Shown: positions 51,915-62,809 of the stretch, piece after piece | Layout of the letters: each line of letters opens with the position of its first letter | Position numbering within the stretch: position 1 is the stretch's first letter | Origin: Sphyrna mokarran | Lineage: Eukaryota | Assembly (NCBI GenBank): GCA_024679065.1 | Contig: JAGIQG010000040.1 | Span: 10,292,001 to 10,356,000, forward strand | DNA: 64,000 bases | Direction: 5' to 3' | Program-made: the position numbers and the translations under genes | Notes under the pieces: model-generated | Seen by the model: only the letters and a program-made list of their open reading frames with translations | Told to the model about the DNA's origin: nothing | The model's database searches: none

Positions 51915-52214
51915 ATGGCATTTCAACGCTCTTGACTGAGTCACGGTGTCGAACTTCACAGTCAATTTTGGGGCATTCTCCCTCTGAATCGCTGATGGTT
52001 AACTGGCTGCTCAGGGTATAGGTTCCCTTCGTGTTTCTCACTGATGGGAAAGTCTTAAACCCAGTGTTGATCTGCTGCCCATCTTTCTTCCAGGTCAGTT
52101 TGGAGACATCTGGAGAGTAATCCATCGCCAAACATCCGTAGGTGACGGAGCCGTCGGAGTTCTGTTGTTGACAGGAGGAGACCAGGCCTTAGAGAGTGGG
52201 CGGAGATGGTGTCA
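51915..52214 (-). pseudogene. ighm: IgM CH1 exon with premature TAA at codon 9 (52189-52191)
   Basis: tttcccag|[45 protein letters not shown]...YTLSSQL...DCEVRH...MP|gtaagt. Confidence 0.88.
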
Positions 52215-53129
52215 CTGGGAAAGAATAGGCGATTGAACAAGTTAGACTCTTGTTTCTGTTTATTAAATCATCAAACATGTTGACTCATTTTTTTTATGTT
52301 AGATATAGCTCTTGGTGTTGAAGGGATCAAGGGGTATTGGTAGTAGGTGTGATCAAAGTGAATGGAGAAGTAGTCTCAAAGGGCCGAATGATCTATTCCT
52401 GCTTTTCTTCGATGCTTCTATCTCAAACATTGACAAGAATTATGAACTTATCCTATTATTCGCCGATTAAAACCTACATCCTCCTTTAAGATAATGTTAC
52501 TTCTATCATTTGAGAATTGTCATCTCTGTAGAAACTCAAATCCCTGTCTCCACCTCTATCAGATTAAAAAGAAAAAAATTCTGGTTTCCTCAAAATGACA
52601 TATCATTCATTGGATTAACAGAGAAGAGCAAATATTTTCTTCATTATTGCTGCCACTATTTCATTCACAAACAACAGAACCTTGTGTTGAAGAAGTTTTC
52701 TCTTCATTCATATCATCCACTCACCTGAAGAAGGAGTTTTAAAAGCTTGCAACTCCAAATAAACCTGTTAAACTTTAACCCGATGTTGTGAGAAACCTTA
52801 TTGTGTCCACACCAAACTAACGCCGGCATCTCCACACTAGTTTTGGAAATTGCTTGCGTTCAAACTGATTGATGCCCCTTCCTCGCTCCAACTCACTGCC
52901 TCTCACTCCACAAAACGAAGATTAGTGACTTTGCTTCAAAAATACCTTCGGAATGAATACTCACTGAATGATCAGGAAACTCTAAATGTGATTAAAGCTT
53001 CAAATAAATGTAACATTGACTAATTGAAGGATCACACATTAATAACAAGAGTTGGCCTTTCGGGCCCTGAAGTCTCCTCCATCATTCACTGAGATTACAT
53101 ATGAGCTGATCGTGCTATTCGCTCTATTT

Positions 53130-53610
53130 TGACCCTCCTCATTCAGCCTGTCGATCACCCACTCTCTGCTCATTTTCCCCGGCTCTTTGCCCTTACCCCT
53201 GGCTTTCTGACTTCCCACCTGCCCATATCCCTGGACAGTGTTCTTTTCGTCTTTCATCCTGGTCACTGTATTTCCACCTGGCTCTCCAAAATTTCCTCCA
53301 GCTCTATGCCCTCTCCCCTGGCTCCCTGCCTTATCTCCTACCTCGCTGCCCTTTTTCCTGGCACTCTTCCCTTTTCTTACTTTCTCTGTCCTTTCCCACG
53401 GCTCTCTGCCCTTTGTGCTGTCTCCTCGTACTTTTTCCTGGCTTTCTGCCCTGTTCTCCGGCGGGGTTTCGTTTCCCCTGCTCGCTGCCCTTTCCCTCGG
53501 CTGTGAACCCTTTCCCCCCTGACCCTCCCCCACCCCTCTGTTCTTTCCTGGCTCTTTGGCATTGTCCCCTCCCCGAGCCCTCGGCAATTCCTTCCAGTTT
53601 TCTGCACTCC
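53130..53610. repeat. degenerate tandem repeat (plus-strand core YYCCTGGCTYY) in the J-C intron
   Basis: About ten recurrences of ttttcctggctct/ccctggct-like units, roughly 40-60 nt apart. Confidence 0.6.
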
Positions 53611-53964
53611 CAGAGCAGCTTTCACATTTAAACACCAAACTGCTACTTGAGATCTTTTCTCTCTCTCATTGCAGAACACCCCCCACCCACTCTCCGACAC
53701 AGATTCAGTGAGTGTGAGTGAGAGAATGTGAGTGCATGATGGTGAATGATTGAATGAGTGACAATGAGAAGGAGTGGAACAGTTGGAGTGGTAATTCAGT
53801 GAAGACAGCTCATAGGTAAGAAGGATTTTTACTTCGCCTTTTCTCAGAATTTTATTCTCTGAGCCGGGAGTGTAAAACCGGAAGTAGGCTCCAGTAAGAA
53901 CTGGGAATTTTATTTTTTCTTTTAACCTTAGAGCGTTCAATAATCTCATTGTTTCCAGAGGAGC

Positions 53965-54230
53965 AGTTGGAGTGGGGAGGGGAGGGGGTGTGGGTGAGTG
54001 AGTGAGCGAGAGAGAGAGAGAGTAGATGAATTGTGTGGGTGGATGAGTGAGTAGTGGTGGGTGGGTGGGTGAGTGCGGGTGGGGGAGTAAGTGAGTGAGT
54101 GAGTAGAGGTGGGTGTGGATGTGGGGGTGGGTGAATGAGTGAGAGAGTGAGGGTGGGTGGGTGATTGAGTGAGTGAAATTAAGTGGGTGTGTGAGTGAGT
54201 GGGGGTGGGTGGGTAGTTGCGGAGTGAGTG
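53965..54230. repeat. GGGT/GAGT-rich tract
   Basis: Visible gggt/gagt repeats. Confidence 0.75.
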
Positions 54231-54823
54231 TCAGTGGACCACCTCTTCCTCCTCCTCTGCATCGATCTTTTTCCGATTCTCTACTTTGATCAGCTTTCAG
54301 CAAAAGGGCTGTGTAAAGTCAGGGATCAGTGTAGATCACCGGGCAGCTGTTTTAATGTCGGTGCCTTTCTTTAAGAAACAGTGAACAAATAGACAGACTG
54401 AGGGAGCTGGAAGGGAAGCTTACAGTAAAACTAGGGTCACACAGGAATCAAACACCAAGTTTACACCAGTATTGGGAGCCAGACGGACTTAGTCTCAGGC
54501 AAGTTCCTTCTTGTTTATTGTGTTTATACGTCCGGTGTAACACATGGAAATCTCCACTTCTGACCTCAAGTTGGATAAAATGACTCATTGATGAAGCAAT
54601 AGAAGATTGTTGGTCCCAGAACAATTGGTCCTGCCGAGCTCCTGCAGTGATATCTCAACTTAGATGTTTGACTTCCAACAACCAATACCATCTTGCTTTG
54701 CGTTAAATATGAATCCAAACACAGAAGAATTTCCCGGTGAAAATTATTCACTTGAGTTTTACTCGAACTCGTCATTCGGACTCTCATTCAAATTCAAATG
54801 GCGGTGATTGGGGGGGAGATCAT

Positions 54824-55135
54824 GGGCACGGTGTCACAGTGATTAGCTCTACTGCCTCACAGTTCAATTCCCATATGGGTTATCATGTGCGGAGTTAGTA
54901 AGTTCACCTCGTATCTCCTTGGTTTCTGTCGGGTGCTCCTCTTACCTCCCACAGTCCAAAGATGTGCGGGTTCGATGGACTGGTCATGCTACATTGCCCC
55001 TTAGTTTGAGGGGCACTAGTTAGAGTCAATACATGTGGTTGTGGGGATAGGGCTTTGTCGGGATCGCTGTTGATGCAGACTCAATGGGCTAAATGGCCTC
55101 CTTCTGCACTATCGGATCCTCTAATTCTATCCTAT
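54824..55135 (+). mobile_element. HE1-like SINE
   Basis: ggcacggtg...ctgcctcacag head, cccacagtccaaagatgtgcggg body, aatggcctccttctgcact tail. Confidence 0.7.
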
Positions 55136-55169
55136 GATGTTAAGGACAGCCACTCTGACGTACGTGAGA

Positions 55170-56620
55170 TGGAAAGTGTGTGAGATCGCATTTATGTGTG
55201 TTTGTGTGCGCGCGAGAGACAGAGAGGGTGAATGTGTGTGTGGGTGTGCCTGTGTGGGTAGTTTGTGTTTGTACATGTGTGAGACAATGGGCTGAGTTTG
55301 CAAGAGGGGACAGTGTGTCTATTAGAAAGCAAAATAATGTGTTCGTGAGTGAGTGGAAGTGTGCATGGGATTATGTGTGAGTGTAAAAGATATGGGCAAT
55401 GTGTGTAGGTGATAGAAGTAATATGTGTGTGTGCGTGTGTGTCAGAGAGTTTTCGTGGTTGAGTGTGAGAGAGGCGCTGTGAATGAGACAGTGTCAGACA
55501 CATGAGTACTTTTGCAAGTGTGTGAGTCACTGATCTGTGTCTACAAGAGGAGAGAGTGTGCATGAGAGACAGGATATGTGAGATAGAGAATGTATGTGTA
55601 TGTGTGTGAGAAAGAGTGTTTGAAGAGTTATTGTTGATGTGTGCGCGTGTGTGTCTCTTCTTCAAATTGTTTCTGTGCGTGTGTGTGTGTGGGGGGGGTG
55701 GGGGTGGCGGGGAGAGAGTGTGCGAGCGAGAAAAAGTGTGAAAATTAGACAGTGACTGCGTGAGTATGTGTGAATATTAATTGTTGAGAGAACACGTGTC
55801 TGTGATAGGTGGAGTCCTTAAGAGTGTTTACATGTGTATTCGTGTGAAAGAGACGGAGAGACTGTGTGCGTAAAAGAGCAGGGTGTTTGTGAGAGAGAGT
55901 GATTGAGAGCAAGATTGTGCATGTGTGAAGCAATGTGTGGAGGAGAGAGGGTGTATGAGCGAATGTGCTTGTATGAGCGAATCCGCCTGCAAGTATGAGA
56001 GAGAGCATGTGAATGAGCGGGAGACAGAGTAAGAATACAGATGAGAGATTGTGAAAGGCATAGTGCGCGCGTATGTGTGTGCGTGTGTGCATGAGAGAGA
56101 GAGAGAATGTGTGCGCGAGTTTGTGCCTATGTGAGAGACTGTCTGTGTGTAATAGTGTGTTAGAGTGTGTGTATGGATCTATGTTTCTGAGAAAGTGTGA
56201 GAGAGCTAGTGTGTGAGAGCAAGAATGTACAGGTGCAAGATAGTGTGTGCAAGAGAGATAGAAGTAAATGCGTGAGAGAGAGATGCTGTTCAAGAAGAAC
56301 TGTGAATGTGTGTGAATAACTGAGATATCTTGAGTGTGTGTGACAGAGCGTGTGCGAAACCGTGAGGCTATGCTTATGTGAGTGTATGTGTCTGCGTGTA
56401 AGAGCGAATGTGTGTGGGACTGTGCGCGTGTGAGTGCTTTTGTGTATGATGGTATGAGAAGCTAGTTGAGAGAGCGAGAACGTGTATATATTTATATTTG
56501 AGGGGATGAATGTAGACCATGAGAGAAAAAGTAAGTGTGTACATGTGTGTGTACATGTGTGAGAGGATATGAGAGTATATATGAGTGTATTTGCGTGTGA
56601 GAGAGTGTATAATATATGTA
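55170..56620. repeat. GT/GA-rich low-complexity tract
   Basis: 1.4 kb of degenerate gtgt/gaga sequence. Confidence 0.8.
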
Positions 56621-56809
56621 AGACTCTATCTGTCTGATTCAGCCTGGAAAAGCACACTCACTGCACACATACTCACCCACTCACACAGTAAGTGGGAGTG
56701 ACAAGTGAGCACAATACGGACTCCGGTGCAAGGGTTGGGAAAAAAAAAATTAAATCTTTCACAAGTCAGTCACAATTGAATGATTTCCTCTTTCCTCACT
56801 GAGCAAAAC

Positions 56810-57240
56810 TTGTAAAATCTCACGAAATTTGACACAATCCAGGACAAAGCCATCCACAAGATTACCCGCCCTCTCATTCACCCTCCTCAACATCTCCATC
56901 ACTAACAAGCAGTGCGAGCAGTGTATATTATATACAACATGCACTGCAGCAACTCACCAAGGCTCCATAGAATACACTGTCCAAACCCGCTGATTTTACA
57001 TCCCAACAAGGCAAGGGCAGCAGCCACATATAAACACGATATAAACCTGCAAGCTCCCCTCCAAATCACAAGCCATCCTGACTTTAAACAATATCTCAGT
57101 TCATTCATAACCGCTGGGTCAAAATCCTGGAACTTGCTCCTTAACAGCAGGGTGGATGCCTGCAATCATTCAAGGATGTTTCATATCAACACTTTCTGAA
57201 GGAACAATTAGGGATAATTAAACATTCTGGCTGAGCAAAT
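56810..57240 (+). mobile_element. L2-like LINE 3' fragment
   Basis: atccaggacaaagc...atgcactgcagcaactcaccaagg...gggtcaaaatcctggaac motifs typical of elasmobranch L2 ends. Confidence 0.5.
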
Positions 57241-60200
57241 GACTCGAAAATGTCTTTAGAAGATTAAAAATAAGCTGCAAATAAATTTGACCCTTTAATT
57301 GTCATACTAAACAGGTCAGGAACACACAGGAATACTATATTATGCGGAGCACAATATAGTAAGTCTCACTTTACATTTGATCATCGAACATTCCCAAGAC
57401 CGGTACATCACTGCTTAAAAATCACCCAATTCTCCCTCTACAGGCTGAAGTTTCGGCTCCCTCTGATGGTCACAATATGCTTTAGTGATTTCATTTCTGA
57501 GACGCTGAGTCAAACATCCAATCAAACTATCACATTTTTCACAGATACAAGTTTCTTAAAGACATAAATCAAATTTCATTCCCGAAACACAGCAGAAGGA
57601 ACCAGAAGATTTACAACCAGTCAGGCAGATTCCTGGCCCCAAAATAGTGGCCACACGCATAGAAACAGAACAGATACAAACGGTGCAGCTGCTGTTTGCC
57701 CGGCAGATCTATCTATTCAAATTTATTAATTCAATTTAAACGTTGGATTCTAATTTATCAACAGTCAACTTACAGCAACAGAAGATCAATCACCTATTTT
57801 AAGTTAACCTGATATGCAATTCAATTTCAGTGTCTGACTTCTCGAAAACAATGTAAGAATGTAATTTCGCTGAAAATGAGCAATCAAAAATAGCAGATTC
57901 AGGACAGTTCAATATCCCAAACAGAGATGCAGCAACGCAGTAACAGTTCAATGTCCCTAACAGAGATGCAATGACACAGTGACAATTAAACACACCAAGA
58001 AACCGTTACGGAGAAAATCATTAACGGATTCGAGTTAATTTCTTAATTAAGTGTAATCAAAATAATCAAGGCAAAATACTTTATCAAGCTGACTATAGCT
58101 GAGTAAATAAATGTACTGCTTCAGAATTCATTTTAATACAGTTAAATACTCTAAAACGGATAATATTTTGCACGTCAGTGCAATATTCAAGGTCTTTAAT
58201 TTTGTATTAATCAGCATCAATATTATATCCAAAATTATTGTTCATTGCTAGTTAGCTTTCCCGTGAGCTGATTTTTTTTCTCTCTGTAATAAAATGAGTT
58301 TTCAGTCATTCAAAACGTGTTCCTGCCTCCAAAAATTTTTAAATAATTTGGGGACAATTCAATCTTAGACAATATTAAATAATAATTACAAATTACTGAA
58401 TGGAAACATTCAGAAATCTGTCATTCATTCACTTAAATCTAATCACATTGTAATATTTCATTTTCACTACAAATGTTTTATCAAAACCTACAAAGGTGAT
58501 AAAAATACATACTTCTGAGTTTGTCTAGACTGTAATGGCCTGGCCGTTATTTGAAATCATAATACTGCTTCGCAGATTTTATTTAATTAAATAAGATCTG
58601 AATTAAACAGTGCCACACAAAGAAGACAATTGGTTCAATCCTCTATAGCACTAAAACATAATGCAGAAATAAATCCAGACTTTTTCTTCATGGTAATATT
58701 TAATAAGAATTCAACATAAGTTTCAGATAGAAACGTTTGTTCTATTCTGTCATCGGTTCTTCCATAATCCTATACTGTGTTCAGCAGTAATGGGAGACAT
58801 AATATTATACTATTTCTATAGTATTTATTTTAAAACTTTTATATAAAATAATCTTTTTTGAATTTCAAACATTAACTTGTCAATCTCCAGCGAGTTTCTG
58901 TTGACACTTTACTACAACTCAAACATAATTATATGAACAATTACTTGAGTGTCAGCGAATTCCATCTGTCAGAAAACTCTGTTCGCTCTTTCGAATTTAT
59001 TTAAACTGTTTGATTCTAATTGGCCAAAGGTCAAATTGAAAAGCAAAATAATCAGTAAAAGTTTTAAATTAACCTGATGATCATTTTAAAATTCCTTTTG
59101 CCTTTTAACAATTTTCCCTGTCAGTCTCAAATCCCCAAAACAAAGCAAAAATGTATTTTTTTCCGAAAATATAACAGATACGTGGTAGTGTGCTGTCTCT
59201 AACAGAGATACAATGACAGTGAGAATTGCAATTCATGATTTATTTCAACATTCAAGTATTAGTTAACACGAATAAAAGCTGTAGAACAATGTTTGGTGAA
59301 TATGGAGTTATATTAACGATCAATAATGTTTGATTTTTTTTTATTTTATGATCGAATTTGTTATTGAGAAGTTTGTAAATACAGAAACGATTTAGTGTCG
59401 AAATGAACTTTGTACGTTATGATTTATTTAAAATTGTAAACATTAAAGTTTATAAAATTATGATATATTTATTTCACTTTTTTCGCAAAACCTGCCTGTT
59501 TTGTATGACATGGACTTTTAAACTTATAAATTCTTTGCATGCAACCAGAAAACGTGTAACCGCTCAGTGCCACCGAGTTTAAACAATGCAGCAACAATGT
59601 CAAAACATTAAATCACTTCGCAAATTTTAAACTTTCATTGTGGCTGAACCACAGAACCTCCTGAACAGAAACACACCAAAGCACATCACTGAGAGAATGA
59701 TTCCGTTTCTTGGAGAAACAGCTCAATTATTCATTCAGTATAATCCAATGTAACATTGCAATCTCAATATCGAATCCAGCAAAACAGCTCGTTACCAAAT
59801 GTTTAAGTTATTAAACAAAACAGAAATCCGGAATAATAGCAATAGCATAGTGAAGAAATAGAATACATTCAAGAAATTAATATGGAAACTTTTACCGCGT
59901 TTATTTCATATTGGATCATATTTAAAACATTATTTAAACGTGTGGATGATAAAAGCTGCAGCAATCACTGAGATTAAACATTGCAGGTAATCCAAATAGT
60001 GAATGCAGTGGCAAACTATATTCTGAACAAACGGCGTAAACTGTGATTTAGTTTCACCTGCAATTATCAGTTATGACTTTCAGAAACACCAACGGGATAA
60101 AGCCTGCCTGATTTCAGCCTATTATCATGCGTCAAGCAGTTTCAGACACGAAGGCTGTTTGTATTCAATCACAAAATGTACAACGGCTCAGTGTCACAGA

Positions 60201-60909
60201 GTTTTAATATTGCAGAATCGCAAAACCATTTCAAACATTTTACTAATGCAAAGTCATTCAGTTCCACAATCTCCTCAACAGAGAGAAAAAATACATTACT
60301 GAACTCCGCGTCATGCAGGAGCAGCTCAATTCTGCAAACATTTCCAACAGAATCAAAAGTAATATTGACAGAAAATCTCAAACTTAATTCCAGCCAATCC
60401 AACTCATCACAAACTAATCAATAATTAAAACGAACAGAAATATGTCAGAACCACGCCAGCATTGCGAGTAAGCGGAATATGATCACACAATTAATACAGA
60501 AAGTTGAACACATTTTGTCAATATTGGGTTAGATTGTAAATGTGTGTGCAATAGCTGGTACAACCCGCAGCCACTAGATGTCACCGCGTTTATACGTTGC
60601 AGTAACGTCGAACTGTTTAACAAAAGTTAGACAGTAACTTTGAAAGTAAATCAGCCACACAATATCTTCAGCAATAAACACCAAAATACAACAACCAAGG
60701 ATTGAATCCCTTAGCATCACCTTTTGCCAATTAATGGCAGATTTGTATAACCCCCATATTAAGCAGAATCACATGAAAGATTTGTTAAGATTTTTCGCAC
60801 AACATTCACCAAATCTCATTTCAGTAAACGAATGAATTAATAAAATCGATAAAAAACATAAAACAAAAGCTCAAATAAAACAGTCACTACATAATTGCAT
60901 GGTGCTTAC

Positions 60910-60948
60910 CTGCAGTCACCGTCACCATGGTCCCTTGTCCCCAGTAGT
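60910..60948 (-). CDS. ighj: JH segment
   Basis: ACTACTGGGGACAAGGGACCATGGTGACGGTGACTGCAG|gtaagc = YWGQGTMVTVTA. Confidence 0.95.
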
Positions 60949-60987
60949 CACAGTATCACATTCCCTTGGCTGGGTCAGACAATAACT
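60949..60987 (-). promoter_or_regulatory. JH 23-RSS
   Basis: Plus-strand CACAGTA-23 nt-ACAATAACT. Confidence 0.88.
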
Positions 60988-61313
60988 GGCCCTGCAAAAC
61001 ATAGACAGAAAAACTGCCATTATTTTAAATATTCACAAACCAGTGGAAAAGCAAAGTCAATTAATATTCATGAAATTATTATTGTAGTTGTGGATACGGT
61101 TCGCTCTACATAAATACCCATAATATTTTATATTTCACAGTGTATCACATGAACGTGTTATTGGAAACAGCAAATTATAATTCAATAGTTATCATAACTT
61201 TTCCCATTTGATTCTCGTTATTGTGCAATGCTGGACACAAATAATACAGCACTGTAAATAATGTTGGACTGTAAAACAGAGCACGGATCCAGACTCGGTC
61301 AATTAGCACTGAG

Positions 61314-61381
61314 GGCTTTTGTATTGACAGTAACTGTTGTGCTATCCAGTTATCACAGTGAGTTACAGCATGACAGATACT
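61314..61381 (-). other. DH2 segment (coding 61342-61353, ATAACTGGATAG) with 12/12 RSS
   Basis: Plus-strand GGCTTTTGT-12-TGTTGTG | D | CACAGTG-12-ACAGATACT. Confidence 0.88.
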
Positions 61382-61698
61382 GTGCCTGACTGCTATCTGT
61401 AAAATACAGAGATTTAATTTCACCGTTCTCTCAGAAATCTCATTCTGCGTCATATAAGAGCGAATGAGTGAGATATTGTAGCTTGTCCTAGTCATTATAT
61501 TTACAAAGTGCATCGGAATACTTTTAAACCCTCTATTTAGATTTGGCATATCGTTCAACCCAGATTTTACGGTATTTAAGATTTCTATACTTTTTCACAA
61601 ATAGGTATTACTTCTACACATTATTTCATTGAAGCCTTGTTTACTTTGAAAATCCTGCTGTGGTACTGATCACCAATTTGAACAATCGCCTTCTCTGA

Positions 61699-61776
61699 GG
61701 TTTTTGTATGAGGATGTCTCTGTACTCAGCACTGTGACCCCATAGTTACACAGTGACCCACACCCGCACAAAAACT
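61699..61776 (-). other. DH1 segment (coding 61737-61748, TAACTATGGGGT) with 12/22 RSS
   Basis: Plus-strand GGTTTTTGT-22-CACTGTG | D | CACAGTG-12-ACAAAAACT. Confidence 0.93.
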
Positions 61777-62125
61777 GCACTTACTCTCTGTTCAATATTG
61801 CCGCTCAAAATCTACTTCAAATATTCCTGATGTTATTTACAATTTATGCAACAGTTTACAAAGCGCAATCTGGAAACGTCTCCAAGTATCAGAAATATTA
61901 AAACTAACATTATATCCAGGTCTGTAATTGCTGAATCTGTTAGCAGTGAATATAAACAGAGTGAAAGGCACGATTACCTCTGTGGGTTTGCTCAATTTAA
62001 TGTTTAATTTTCTCTAAGTTTGTCAGAAGCGGTTTGCATTTTGATTCTGATCACTGTCGTTAATATATTTAAAACAGGTAGTTACCTTCAGGTTATATTG
62101 GAAGTTGCTGAATTCTCTCACAAGC

Positions 62126-62164
62126 TGTTCTTGTCCGGGTCCGGCCCAGATTTCTCTCGCTGTG
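62126..62164 (-). promoter_or_regulatory. VH 23-RSS
   Basis: CACAGCG-23 nt-ACAAGAACA directly after YYCARD. Confidence 0.9.
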
Positions 62165-62469
62165 GTCTCTTGCACAGTAATAGACGGCGGTGTCTTCGAT
62201 CTTTAGTCCCGTAATGTGCAAAGCGAAGATATTATTTGAAAGGTCTTTGGATGGAGGAAATCGGCCCTGAATCCCTGGGGCGTAATTATTGCTCGATGAA
62301 CTTTTGTACTCTAGGAGCCATTCGAGCCCCTGTCCGGGAACCTGCCGGATCCATTGCAGCCAGTCACTGTCAAGATTGAAGCCGCTAGTTTTACAGGTCA
62401 GTTTCAGGGAGCCTCCGGGACGCCCGGTCTCTGCCTCTGGCTGGGTCAACACAATCTCCGACTGGACAC
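62165..62469 (-). CDS. ighv: VH exon (unrearranged, open reading frame)
   Basis: ttacag|[53 protein letters not shown]...[11 protein letters not shown]. Confidence 0.96.
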
Positions 62470-62599
62470 CTGTAAAAATATATCAAAAACCCAAAGGGTT
62501 ATTCGCGATGCATTGATTTCTGATTCTGAAACATTCCAGAGATAAACTGACACTGAGATAGTAACAGTGAGAGATTTCGTCAATAAATAAACTACTCAC

Positions 62600-62645
62600 C
62601 AAATAAGAAACTCAACAACAAACTGAGAGAAATCACCGACCTCAT
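62600..62645 (-). CDS. ighv: VH leader exon
   Basis: ATG...MRSVISLSLLLSFLF G|gtgagt, phase 1. Confidence 0.9.
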
Positions 62646-62732
62646 CTTTCTGGTGAGTTGGGGGAAATGGTTGTGTCAGGAACTCAGTGAACAAACCAAC
62701 TCCCAGACTGTTGGATTCCGGTCCCAGTGAGC

Positions 62733-62809
62733 GGTATTTAAATACCCGGCAGAAGGGGGCGGCTTTCCAGGCGCCGCCTGTTGATTCCCTGCTGGAGGCG
62801 GCGCCTGGA
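62733..62809 (-). promoter_or_regulatory. VH promoter: palindromic TATA-like box and GC-rich inverted repeat
   Basis: GGTATTTAAATACC ~90 nt upstream of ATG; 14-bp inverted repeat at 62766-62779/62796-62809. Confidence 0.55.

Noticed and set aside
52157-52175. Internal CAG acceptor in CH1 (tcctgtcaacaacag) as a bypass of the stop
   Set aside because: Phase 0, so out of frame with the phase-1 JH donor
53965-54230. G-rich tract as a classical switch region
   Set aside because: G-richness is on the template strand relative to Ig transcription and AGCT motifs are lacking; treated as a simple repeat
53039-54303. 199-aa and 308-aa minus-strand ORFs in the J-C intron
   Set aside because: Products of low-complexity repeats; no Ig fold or convincing exon boundaries
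55180-56657. His/Thr-rich ORFs
   Set aside because: Translations of CA/GT microsatellite-like DNA
57905-58002. CACAGTG-12-ACCAAGAAA cryptic RSS inside a 39-bp tandem duplication
   Set aside because: Nonamer matches only 5/9 and there is no adjacent gene segment
45966-62645. IgNAR, IgW or germline-joined gene
   Set aside because: Four CH exons, a mu-type tail, a conventional VH with FR2/CDR2, and separate RSS-flanked V, D, D and J indicate an unrearranged IgM cluster
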